Assembly (NCBI GenBank): GCA_011364965.1
Contig: RDOB01000005.1
Location: forward strand, 32,001-96,000
DNA: 64,000 bases
Origin: Candidatus Heimdallarchaeota archaeon
GTDB taxonomy: Archaea > Asgardarchaeota > Heimdallarchaeia > Hodarchaeales > Hodarchaeaceae
Direction of reading: 5' to 3'
Position 1 is the stretch's first letter; each line of letters opens with the position of its first letter. This document shows positions 28,270-37,216 of this stretch, piece by piece. The notes under the pieces are model-generated. The model was given only the letters and a program-made list of their open reading frames with translations, was not told the DNA's origin and searched no databases. Both the position numbers and the translations under genes were made by a program.

Positions 28270-28932
28270 TCATATTTTTTCAAGAAATCCAATCCGTTGT
28301 CCATCTGTATTCCATTGTGTAGCTCTAATCAAGAATAAAAGGGAATAAATCACAATGGTCATAACAATCAAAAAAATAAACAGGTGAGGTTCAGAATTAA
28401 TCGGATTCAATTCTTCGTGGTAGGGAAAAAGTGGAAGAGTAGGTAATCCAAAAGGATTGAAGTAATCAAAAAACCAATCAGTAATTATTATAGAACTTCC
28501 AATCGCATAATTGGGTAAATCTAGATCCATGAAGAGCAGAATGATTAATGCTTCTGAAAACTCGAAAGTATGGGCTGCTAATGAAACTATACTGAAAAAA
28601 GAAGGCATCACAGTAAAAACTACAAGATATTGAAAAAATACTTTGACTAAACCAATGAAAGTGACAATATTTAGAATTTGTATATTTCTTTTTAAGCCTA
28701 ATGTTACAAATAAAAATATTCCGAAGAGAATGGCAAAAGTATACGAATCGGGTATGAAAATCCATTGAAGAGGATGATAATACTCAAATTGCCAGAAATA
28801 TAGGTAAAAATAAAACAGGGGAATCACAGTATTTATTAAAATCCAAATAAACAGAATAAACGGATTCAAATTCAATAGAAAAGAGCGAATTTCTTCCTGA
28901 TTTATTTTCTTCAGCATGAAATTACCTTCCAT
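28270..28932 (-). CDS. Multi-pass membrane protein, DUF1405-like
   Basis: WIFIPDS motif, GLVK, H..E, DWFFDY; several TM helices. Confidence 0.65.
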   Translation of the reverse strand: MEGNFMLKKINQEEIRSFLLNLNPFILFIWILINTVIPLFYFYLYFWQFEYYHPLQWIFIPDSYTFAILFGIFLFVTLGLKRNIQILNIVTFIGLVKVFFQYLVVFTVMPSFFSIVSLAAHTFEFSEALIILLFMDLDLPNYAIGSSIIITDWFFDYFNPFGLPTLPLFPYHEELNPINSEPHLFIFLIVMTIVIYSLLFLIRATQWNTDGQRIGFLEKI

Positions 28933-29020
28933 ATGGAATAAAGATAGTAACTAAGATTTTAAGAATCAATCTATTCATATACTTGAAAAGAGAAAAAAAA
29001 GAAATGAGTGTAAATTTCTT

Positions 29021-29875
29021 ATGCCTGAACTTCCTGAATTAGAAGCAATCAAAAGATATTTACTTGACGAGCTAGAGAACGTCAGAATTACCGAAATACA
29101 AACCCGACAACATACTGTTATTCGCTTCCCCACAGCACCCGAATTTAAAAGAATACTTCTAAATGCCTCCTTTGAAAATGTTGAGCGAATTGGTCGAATT
29201 TTGAAATTTAAATTAATGGGCGAATCAAGGAAATTATGTTTATACATAGATCATGGATTGACTGGACGATTAGGATGGGAATCTGATTATCAAAGAATAC
29301 CAACAAAAATAGTATTTAAATTAAGATTAGATAATGGTAAATGTTTAATTTATCATGATAGTCGTCTTCATGGCGCTATATGGTTATTTGAAGAATTTGA
29401 GGGTGTGATATGTAAAAATCCCCCCATAGTCAACCACTATGGCCCTGATATTCTCTCAATATCTGAGAAAGCATTCCTAATTAGGATTAAGAAGTTTAGA
29501 GCAGAAATAAAAAATGTGCTTACAAATCAGAGTTTTGTTACAGGAATTGGAAACGCATATTCTGACGAAATCCTCTTTGATGCCCAAATTCACCCTTTTA
29601 CAAAAAGAAATCAATTAAACGACCAAGAAATAAAACGAATTTACCATTCATCCCTAAAAATTCTTAAAACTGGATCTGATTTCATATTCAAATCCTTAAA
29701 AACAATAAATAAATTGGATAATGAATCTAGCTGGCGTAAAAACCTTTTTAAGGTGCATTTACGTGAAAACCAACCCTGTCATTCCTGCAATAAGAAACTT
29801 TCCACAATCAAAACCAAGAGAGTAACGAATTTTTGTCGGGAGTGCCAACCTTCAAAGAATAAGAATTTCTTCTAA
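29021..29875 (+). CDS. mutM: Fpg/Nei family DNA glycosylase / AP lyase
   Basis: N-terminal MPELPE, DSRLHG, GPD, GIGNAYSDEILF (H2TH), CHSC...CREC Zn finger. Confidence 0.92.
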   Translation: MPELPELEAIKRYLLDELENVRITEIQTRQHTVIRFPTAPEFKRILLNASFENVERIGRILKFKLMGESRKLCLYIDHGLTGRLGWESDYQRIPTKIVFKLRLDNGKCLIYHDSRLHGAIWLFEEFEGVICKNPPIVNHYGPDILSISEKAFLIRIKKFRAEIKNVLTNQSFVTGIGNAYSDEILFDAQIHPFTKRNQLNDQEIKRIYHSSLKILKTGSDFIFKSLKTINKLDNESSWRKNLFKVHLRENQPCHSCNKKLSTIKTKRVTNFCRECQPSKNKNFF

Positions 29876-30024
29876 AATTAAAAAATTTTAAAGAACTGAA
29901 TTAGTAGCTTAGTATAATGATTTAATACGGAATAACTAAGATCATACGATCTATTTCCATAAATAAAACCTTGAATTACTTGACCAAATCTTATATTTTC
30001 AACATTTTCCAGAAGGATTGAATT

Positions 30025-31407
30025 TTGCTAGATTATTTCTTCGAACCAAGGTCAGTAGCCATTATTGGGGCATCCTCTGACGAAACAAAATACGGAAGAC
30101 TGATCTTTAATCATTTTGTTGTGCCTTTTTACGGAAAAATTTTCCCAGTTAATCCCAAAGTTTCAGAAATCATGGGGATTAAATGCTACAAAAGTGTTTT
30201 TGAGATCCCCGTTGTTCCAGATTTAGCCATCGTAGTTCTTCCAACAAAATTGGCGATAAAAGCTGTTGAGGATTGCTCAAAACGGGGGATCTTAGGAATA
30301 GTATGTATAACTGCAGGATTTTCTGAAATAGGACGGTACGATCTGCAACAGGAGCTCCTCGCGGCATTGGGCGATTCTCGTTTAATAGGCCCTAATTGTT
30401 TGGGAATTATTGATACCCATGCCCATGTTAATACTCTTTTTCCAAATTTTGAACTACCAGAAAAAGGACATGTCTCTTTGATTTCACAGTCAGGATCTCT
30501 TGCCATCGATTTACTTTTAGCATTGCATCAGAATCGGATTGGATTGAGACGCTTTGTTTCTTATGGCAATGGAGCTGATTTAAATGAAACGGATTTTATT
30601 CAATATTTTGGACAGGATACTGATACGAATATTATCGGTGCATACATAGAAGGAGTAAAAGCTGGAAGGGAATTCATCAAGGTTTCCAAAGCTGTTGCTA
30701 GAAAGAAAGCGATCGTTGCATTGAAATTGCCATTAACAGAGGATGTTTCGATGGCTGCTAGGAGTCATACAGGAGCCATGGCTAGTAGGGTTGACATTTA
30801 CAAGGAAATTCTAAGTCAAGCTGGGATCATTCAATGTGATAGTACATCTCAGTTCATCAATTCGATAAAAGCTCTCTACAAACAACCTCCTGCTTTTGGA
30901 AACCAGATTGCACTTGTAACAAATACAGGGGGACCAGCAGCAATGGCTCTTTATCGAATGAATCGATATCCAATGGAACTAGCTCCGATATCGGAATATA
31001 CTGCTGGAAAAGCTTCAGAAATAATTCAAAAACATTTCGTGCAGACTTCTCTCTCCAAAGATAGAAATGGTATCCCCCTAGCTTTTGTGGATCTAACTGG
31101 TAGTGCTACAACTGAAGTGATAACCCAAATTTCAGAATTATTCTTGGAAGAGAAAGGAGTTTCAGGTTTAATAGTAGTTCCAAGATCCGATGCTCCTGTT
31201 GTTTCGAAAGATGCTCCAGCCCGAATTGCACTTTTGAAAAAGAAATTTCCAGATAAACCTATATTAGTATATAATCTGCCTGATCCTACTGTTAACTCTG
31301 AGTTTGAAAACTACGGAATACCTGTTTTTAAAACAGCGGAGGATGCAGTTGATGGAATGTACGCATTAGTTGAGCGAGGAAGAATTTTAAGAGAATATAT
31401 GTTCTAG
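30025..31407 (+). CDS. acdA: ADP-forming acetate/acyl-CoA ligase alpha subunit
   Basis: PRSVAIIGAS, PVNP, TAGFSE, GPNCLG, SQSG, SYGN..D, YIEG, SHTG (phospho-His), TNTGG. Confidence 0.92.
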   Translation: MLDYFFEPRSVAIIGASSDETKYGRLIFNHFVVPFYGKIFPVNPKVSEIMGIKCYKSVFEIPVVPDLAIVVLPTKLAIKAVEDCSKRGILGIVCITAGFSEIGRYDLQQELLAALGDSRLIGPNCLGIIDTHAHVNTLFPNFELPEKGHVSLISQSGSLAIDLLLALHQNRIGLRRFVSYGNGADLNETDFIQYFGQDTDTNIIGAYIEGVKAGREFIKVSKAVARKKAIVALKLPLTEDVSMAARSHTGAMASRVDIYKEILSQAGIIQCDSTSQFINSIKALYKQPPAFGNQIALVTNTGGPAAMALYRMNRYPMELAPISEYTAGKASEIIQKHFVQTSLSKDRNGIPLAFVDLTGSATTEVITQISELFLEEKGVSGLIVVPRSDAPVVSKDAPARIALLKKKFPDKPILVYNLPDPTVNSEFENYGIPVFKTAEDAVDGMYALVERGRILREYMF

Positions 31408-31418
31408 GAGAGCAATTA

Positions 31419-32468
31419 ATGTCTTATAGCGATACAGAAAGCAAAGAAAAACGGATTAATGAGCATGTTCGATCGTTGATTCTTCAATCCAAGGAAAAGA
31501 TTACGCGTAATTTACAGGTAGAAACTGGGAGAATTCTAGATACACGTATAAAAAAAATTGAGATATTTAATGGAGCAGGCGGGAAAACATATGTCATCGA
31601 GGCCGCGTTATTTACTGCTTTGGCTGGGGAAATAGATGGAGGAGTGGTTTTAAAATTTGCTAAAAATCTTGAAAATGAGGTAGAAAATGCAAATTTACTT
31701 TCTAAAATTTTAATCAGACGTCAGAATGATTGGGAGAACTGGAAAAAAAACAATGAGATTCCTAAATCTATTCGTAAATACCCTGATGTTGTTTTTGCTC
31801 CTGAGGTAATTCATGTAATCTCTGAAGTGAACACATTAATTTTGGAATTTTTAAGTGGCTTTATACCTCTTTTACAGGTTTTTACTGAACCCCCAGAAAG
31901 ATGGGGCTATGCAGGATATGCATTGGCTCGATTACATGGTCATGAGCGTCAGAAAGTGAATCTACAATTATACTCTCCTCTTTTCAATTTATTACAAAAT
32001 ACTATTGACCAAAAATTTCTAGATTATTGGACTCAGGTTTTAGAAACTAGTTTAGGAGGAGTAGATTTCATTCATGGGGATTCTCATCTTTCTAATATCT
32101 TGGTTTCTCCCATGCGAATAGCTTGGATTGATGCAATGATGTTACCCAGATTAGATAGGATGGATGATATTGGATACATACTCAGCCATGCAATTCAGGA
32201 ATTTGTAGCTATAAACATCAATTACAGATATGATGAAACCGATTTTCTCAATACTATAACTCGGTCGTGGGTTCCTCTTATTCTTACCACATACAAAAAT
32301 ACATATGATATTTCTCAACTGTACACTCGCTTGCCTCTAGATTTCTTCATAGGAACCCATTTGATAATTAGAGCGGAATTATGGGAATTAGAAATTGCAA
32401 AAGCATTAAAAAGATTAGGTCAAAGATTTATTTATGAAATGCCAATATCAAATCTAATACAAAGTTGA
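31419..32468 (+). CDS. APH/choline-kinase-like phosphotransferase
   Basis: GAGG loop, VVLKF, LARLH, HGDSHLSNIL, WIDA, DIG. Confidence 0.82.
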   Translation: MSYSDTESKEKRINEHVRSLILQSKEKITRNLQVETGRILDTRIKKIEIFNGAGGKTYVIEAALFTALAGEIDGGVVLKFAKNLENEVENANLLSKILIRRQNDWENWKKNNEIPKSIRKYPDVVFAPEVIHVISEVNTLILEFLSGFIPLLQVFTEPPERWGYAGYALARLHGHERQKVNLQLYSPLFNLLQNTIDQKFLDYWTQVLETSLGGVDFIHGDSHLSNILVSPMRIAWIDAMMLPRLDRMDDIGYILSHAIQEFVAININYRYDETDFLNTITRSWVPLILTTYKNTYDISQLYTRLPLDFFIGTHLIIRAELWELEIAKALKRLGQRFIYEMPISNLIQS

Positions 32469-32474
32469 AATTTG

Positions 32475-33464
32475 CTAGTTCTTGAAAATCGTACCAAGAG
32501 CGAAAGCAGCTGCTTGGGATGCACGTAATGGTTCTGATGATTTATTTCCGATTCTGAAGATGGGAATTTTTTCACGAATACTTAATGGTAATCCAGTTTC
32601 CTCATTCCCGAAAATGAAATAGAGATTCTGATTAGTTTTTAATGCCTTTTTTCTTAAGAAATAATCCTTTTCAAGCTCTTCAGTAGTTTTATTACCCCAA
32701 AGGGAAAATCCAAAACAATTTTCCAATTCTTTTTCAATATGATCCTCAATAGATGGAATAATACGGTAATTTACTTTCGAAATCCCTTTAAAGTATGTTT
32801 TTTCCACTTGATCAACTAGATTTTTTACACGATGATTTTCATCGGAGAATAAAATAGTTGTATTGAATACTAATCCCAATCGGAAAAAATCCGCTATTTC
32901 TTGAAGTGTAAAAGGAGAAAAGAGAACGAGGATTGGAACTTTTCCTAATTTTTCGTCTTGAATCATTTTAGGATGCTTTCTACCTAAACGGACGTATATT
33001 TTGCTGTTTTCACCCTGTCTAATTTCTATATAAAGAATGAAATCATTATCCTCTAAAACCTGAATTTTATTTCGTTGTAAACGGTCAATCACGGCCTTTC
33101 TATGTATGGGAATCTTACCAATTCTACGAAAATCAAGTGCACATCGCTCAGTTGAGTTATTCATTCTTAGATACCTAACAATCTCCTTTATAAGTGCTGA
33201 AAAAGATGATGATTCCCAATCGAAGAGACCATTTTCAAATGAAATTACAGAAATCACAGCAGGATGAGACAAAACTCGTTCAAGTAATTTTGAAGTCTGG
33301 GGTTTTTCTAATTTAATAAGAAAGCGATTCTTAGCTCTCCAATTATCAGTAAGTACTTTATTTTCGATAGAATATTTAATAAGGTTCTTATTAAAGATTT
33401 CTCTGACTTTTTCTTGTTCTTTGGGTGTGATAAACCTTGCTAGTTTAACCAAAAGGATTTGCAT
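32475..33464 (-). CDS. SPOUT-class RNA methyltransferase with N-terminal RNA-binding-like (THUMP-like) region
   Basis: FIFGNEETGLP and EPLRASQAAA knot motifs at the C-terminus. Confidence 0.78.
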   Translation of the reverse strand: MQILLVKLARFITPKEQEKVREIFNKNLIKYSIENKVLTDNWRAKNRFLIKLEKPQTSKLLERVLSHPAVISVISFENGLFDWESSSFSALIKEIVRYLRMNNSTERCALDFRRIGKIPIHRKAVIDRLQRNKIQVLEDNDFILYIEIRQGENSKIYVRLGRKHPKMIQDEKLGKVPILVLFSPFTLQEIADFFRLGLVFNTTILFSDENHRVKNLVDQVEKTYFKGISKVNYRIIPSIEDHIEKELENCFGFSLWGNKTTEELEKDYFLRKKALKTNQNLYFIFGNEETGLPLSIREKIPIFRIGNKSSEPLRASQAAAFALGTIFKN

Positions 33465-33661
33465 TGTGTTTCATACTACTTACTTCTCACATACATTAAT
33501 ACTCCATATTTAAAAATATGTTAGTGAAATTGTCTGTTAATTCTGTAAAAATTCATTTGGAGGTTTCCTGGGCCTTCGATTGCGTTATATTCATCTATAA
33601 TAGTCCCTCAAAAACAGGAAATCACTTAATTACATCAAACGCACTTCACGGGGTTATTCCA

Positions 33662-34153
33662 TTGGATGTTACAAGCGAACTGCATCGATTGATACTCAAA
33701 ACGGTAAAAACGACCCCTGGTATTAGACAAATGATTCTTTCTGATACCACAGGTTTAATACTTACTACAATATCGAAGGAACGACCTAAGGGTGAAGAAG
33801 CATTCGTTGATTTTGAGGGAGTAGCTGCAATATCTAGTGCAATGTATTTGGGACTAGGGTCAAAGGAATTAGATTTAGGAGACCTTGGTTTTTCAATAAC
33901 AGAATTTAGCTATGGGAGACTTTTCTTGTTAGGAATCAGCAAGGATTATGTTTTATCATGTATAACCAATTCTGATGCTTCACCTCAAAGTATAAAAGTA
34001 TCTATGAGGGCATTGAGTAGATCTTTGTCAGAAAAGCTTGATTTATTGAAAGCATCAAAGAGAATAAAGCAACACGAAGATGAATTTTTTGAGAAAGCAA
34101 AAATCCTTTCTGATGAAGAATTTAATAAATTATTGGATGATTTTTCTTTTTAA
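33662..34153 (+). CDS. Roadblock/LC7 domain protein
   Basis: LHRLIL...PGIRQMILSDTTGLIL, VAAISSAM, LDLGDL..SITEFSYGRLFL; TTG 33662 preferred over 33518. Confidence 0.85.
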   Translation: MDVTSELHRLILKTVKTTPGIRQMILSDTTGLILTTISKERPKGEEAFVDFEGVAAISSAMYLGLGSKELDLGDLGFSITEFSYGRLFLLGISKDYVLSCITNSDASPQSIKVSMRALSRSLSEKLDLLKASKRIKQHEDEFFEKAKILSDEEFNKLLDDFSF

Positions 34154-34185
34154 ACAAGTGAAAAAGTACGAATTATCCTTTTCTG

Positions 34186-35280
34186 GTGTTTTCAAGGTGT
34201 TTAATTGTGAAACTTAACATCAATGGTCAAATTATAGATAAACATGCTGTATGGTGGGATGAAGAAATAAATAAGGTGAAATTGATAGATCAAACGAAGA
34301 TCCCTTTCGTCGTTGAAATCCTAACGTGCAATACATATCGTGATACTGCTGATGCAATAAAAAATATGAATATTCGTGGAGCTCCTGCCATAGGTGCAGC
34401 AGCTGCATATGGATTTGTCCAAGCTATTTGGGAATTCTGGGGCGATAAGGATTATGAATCCAAATTAAAATACGCTTATAAGACCTTACTTGCCGCAAGA
34501 CCGACCGCGATTGATTTAAAAAATGGATTAGACTATATTCAATCTTTTTTTCCTATTGATCCAGAAAATGCTTTAAAAAAGGCCAAACGATTAGCAGATG
34601 AAATTGCTGCAGAGGGGAAAAAAATTGGACAGATCGGGAAAGAATTAATACATGATGAAATGAATATTCTTACACACTGTCATACTGGAGCTTTAGCTCT
34701 TGTTGATTTTGGTAGTGCAATTGCCCCTATAATAGCAGCATGGGAAGATGGAAAACAGTTTCATGTTTATGTGGATGAAACGCGACCTAGAATCCAAGGA
34801 CGAATGACAGCATGGGAATTATACCAATATAAAATAAACCATACCGTAATTTGTGACTCGGTAAGCGGGTACTTGATGTCTAAAGGTAAAATAGACATGG
34901 TTATTTTGGGAGCTGATCGGGTAGTTCAAAATGGTGATATTGCTAATAAAATTGGTACTTACAACATAGCAGTTTTAGCAAAGCATCATCAGGTTCCTTT
35001 TTATACTGCTTTCCCGAAATCCACATATGATCCTAGAACAAAGTCTGGAAAAGATATAAAAATAGAAACTAGAAGTAATGAAGAGATAACTCATGTAATT
35101 GGTTACTCTAGTGAAGAAAAAAGATTAACAAGAATAGAATTATACGGTTCTGGGTCTAAATTTTATAATCCAGCCTTTGATGTAACTCCTGCTGATTTGA
35201 TTACTGGTTACATCACTCCTTACGGAATATTAACTTCTAGTCAAGAACTGAAAACCTTTTTTCAACCAAGGACCGAATAA
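34186..35280 (+). CDS. mtnA: S-methyl-5-thioribose-1-phosphate isomerase
   Basis: IDQTKIP, IRGAPAIG, RPTAIDL, LTHCHTG, DETRPR.QG, GADR, NKIGT, NPAFDVTP; start may be 34207. Confidence 0.93.
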   Translation: MFSRCLIVKLNINGQIIDKHAVWWDEEINKVKLIDQTKIPFVVEILTCNTYRDTADAIKNMNIRGAPAIGAAAAYGFVQAIWEFWGDKDYESKLKYAYKTLLAARPTAIDLKNGLDYIQSFFPIDPENALKKAKRLADEIAAEGKKIGQIGKELIHDEMNILTHCHTGALALVDFGSAIAPIIAAWEDGKQFHVYVDETRPRIQGRMTAWELYQYKINHTVICDSVSGYLMSKGKIDMVILGADRVVQNGDIANKIGTYNIAVLAKHHQVPFYTAFPKSTYDPRTKSGKDIKIETRSNEEITHVIGYSSEEKRLTRIELYGSGSKFYNPAFDVTPADLITGYITPYGILTSSQELKTFFQPRTE

Positions 35281-35392
35281 GAATTGCTGATAAATTAATT
35301 AGAATACTTTTAAATTGAGACCATAAAGACTAGTACCGTTATATTTTATCGATTCTTTAGTTCTAAGATGGTCTGTGAAGGATACTTGAGAA

Positions 35393-35701
35393 ATGAGAGA
35401 ACTAGTAAGCCAAATCCGTTCAATTGTCACATTTTGTGGTTATGAAGTAGAAACAATTAATTCTCACCCTAAATATATCGAAATGAATTTAAGATCCAAA
35501 AGTAGATTTAGAAAACGAAATTATCATCTTGCTTTATCAAAAAGCCTTACAGGAATATTAGCTGCAGAGAGAGAGATGAGTCGAACTTTTAAAAAGAATA
35601 TTATTATATACGATCCTACTAACAACCTACCTGCTCCTACGTTCAATAATGTCGAATTATTCCACGATTTAGATCTTCTACAGGAGTTCTTGTCCAATTA
35701 A
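35393..35701 (+). CDS. Small hypothetical protein
   Basis: 102-aa non-overlapping ORF with an alpha/beta pattern. Confidence 0.6.
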   Translation: MRELVSQIRSIVTFCGYEVETINSHPKYIEMNLRSKSRFRKRNYHLALSKSLTGILAAEREMSRTFKKNIIIYDPTNNLPAPTFNNVELFHDLDLLQEFLSN

Positions 35702-35753
35702 ATACTAATCTTAATAATCTAGGATTGACTCGTATTGGTTGATTAATATTTAA

Positions 35754-37184
35754 ATGAAATACGAGTGTTCTAAGATGGCAAAAAAACGGGGGAATCTACC
35801 TCTGGAATTCCCAGATCTAGGGGTTTCAGATAAAGGATATTCCATACTTATTAAAGGTCTACCAGGAACAGGCAAAACCAGTTTGGCCTTAGAATTAACG
35901 TCTCATCTACCAAATGCGTTTTTTATAAGTACTCGTATAAGCCCTGACGTAATAATAAATGATTCACCCTGGATCACTGATGAATTTCCTAAAAACCGCA
36001 AAAAACCATTTTTTGTTGATGCTACTGGGACAAGTTCAACATCATCGTCTCATTATGTTAATTTATCTTTCGAAACTATGCCAGAGTTTGTGCAACAACT
36101 ATTCGCTATTGGTAATGACTTCGAGAATAAAGTAATGATTATTGATAGCTGGAATGCATTGATCTCCAATTTAACAAAGAGTCAATCAAATCATTGGGAA
36201 TCAGCAATTGTACAACATTTCAGGTCTGAGAATTCCACTATCATATTTGTTATGGAAGGAGATCATGAATCGACGTTGGATTGGATTGTGGATGGAATAG
36301 TTGTTTTAAGTAAGAAATCTGTTGTTTCTCCAAATGGTATTCCTCGTAGGATTCGCGAATTGAGTTTTCATAAAATGAGAGGGATAGAAATAAGCAACGA
36401 AGCCTATTTAGCAACATTAAATCAAGGTAGAATGAAAACCTTCGATCCATTTAAGTATCGATTCCCTGCAATCATTCTGAAATCAAAAACAATTCCCGAT
36501 TCAGATGATGATCACATTTCTAGTGGTTCTTTAAGTTTTGATGAATTATTAGGAGGAGGTTTTCAGAAAGGGTCTTGGAATTTATTTGAAATTTCAACAA
36601 CAATTGGAGATGCTTTAGATATAATATATTATCCTCTTCTCACGAACCATCTTAACAACCGAAGACCAGCAATCATGATTTTTAGAGAAGGAGTTACAAT
36701 TGATTCCAAACGACAATTTCTAGATGTATTTACTGGTTCTGAAAAATGGATTGAGCAAACCATTAATTTTGAGAGATATGTTCCTGAAGATACAACTAAT
36801 AGATATGAGCTACCCGAGACAGTGGAAGAGTTAATTAACTTAATAGAGAGCTCGAGAAGTAAATTGCGATCTAAGTTTGGAGGACCGTTTTTGATTAGCT
36901 TGGGATTGGACGTTATTGAAAATAAGTATGGTATCCCGTCATTGAATAAACTTATTGCAATTATAGTCTCAAAAGCCCGCATTGAAGGAGATATTGTAGT
37001 TGGATGGCTCAAAGAACAACAAAATTTTCGTGGGGGTACAACAGCAGCAAATTCACATTGGAAAATTGATTTAATTGACCGGGCGCTGGTATTAGAAGGA
37101 GTGATACCCGCAACAGAATATTATGCCATTGAATCAATACTAGTGAAAGGATATATTGATTACCTTCTTATTCCTGTTATATAG
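35754..37184 (+). CDS. GvpD/KaiC-like RecA-superfamily ATPase (active N-domain, degenerate C-domain)
   Basis: LIKGLPGTGKT Walker A, VMIIDSW Walker B, VDGIV, KMRG; second domain ISSG..FDELLGGG lacks Walker A. Confidence 0.85.
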   Translation: MKYECSKMAKKRGNLPLEFPDLGVSDKGYSILIKGLPGTGKTSLALELTSHLPNAFFISTRISPDVIINDSPWITDEFPKNRKKPFFVDATGTSSTSSSHYVNLSFETMPEFVQQLFAIGNDFENKVMIIDSWNALISNLTKSQSNHWESAIVQHFRSENSTIIFVMEGDHESTLDWIVDGIVVLSKKSVVSPNGIPRRIRELSFHKMRGIEISNEAYLATLNQGRMKTFDPFKYRFPAIILKSKTIPDSDDDHISSGSLSFDELLGGGFQKGSWNLFEISTTIGDALDIIYYPLLTNHLNNRRPAIMIFREGVTIDSKRQFLDVFTGSEKWIEQTINFERYVPEDTTNRYELPETVEELINLIESSRSKLRSKFGGPFLISLGLDVIENKYGIPSLNKLIAIIVSKARIEGDIVVGWLKEQQNFRGGTTAANSHWKIDLIDRALVLEGVIPATEYYAIESILVKGYIDYLLIPVI

Positions 37185-37216
37185 CTTCTTATTGAAGAAT
37201 AACCGCTTATTTTCTG

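Noticed and set aside
35754-37184. Gas vesicle cluster or circadian clock
   Set aside because: No gvpA/structural genes or kaiA/kaiB in the window
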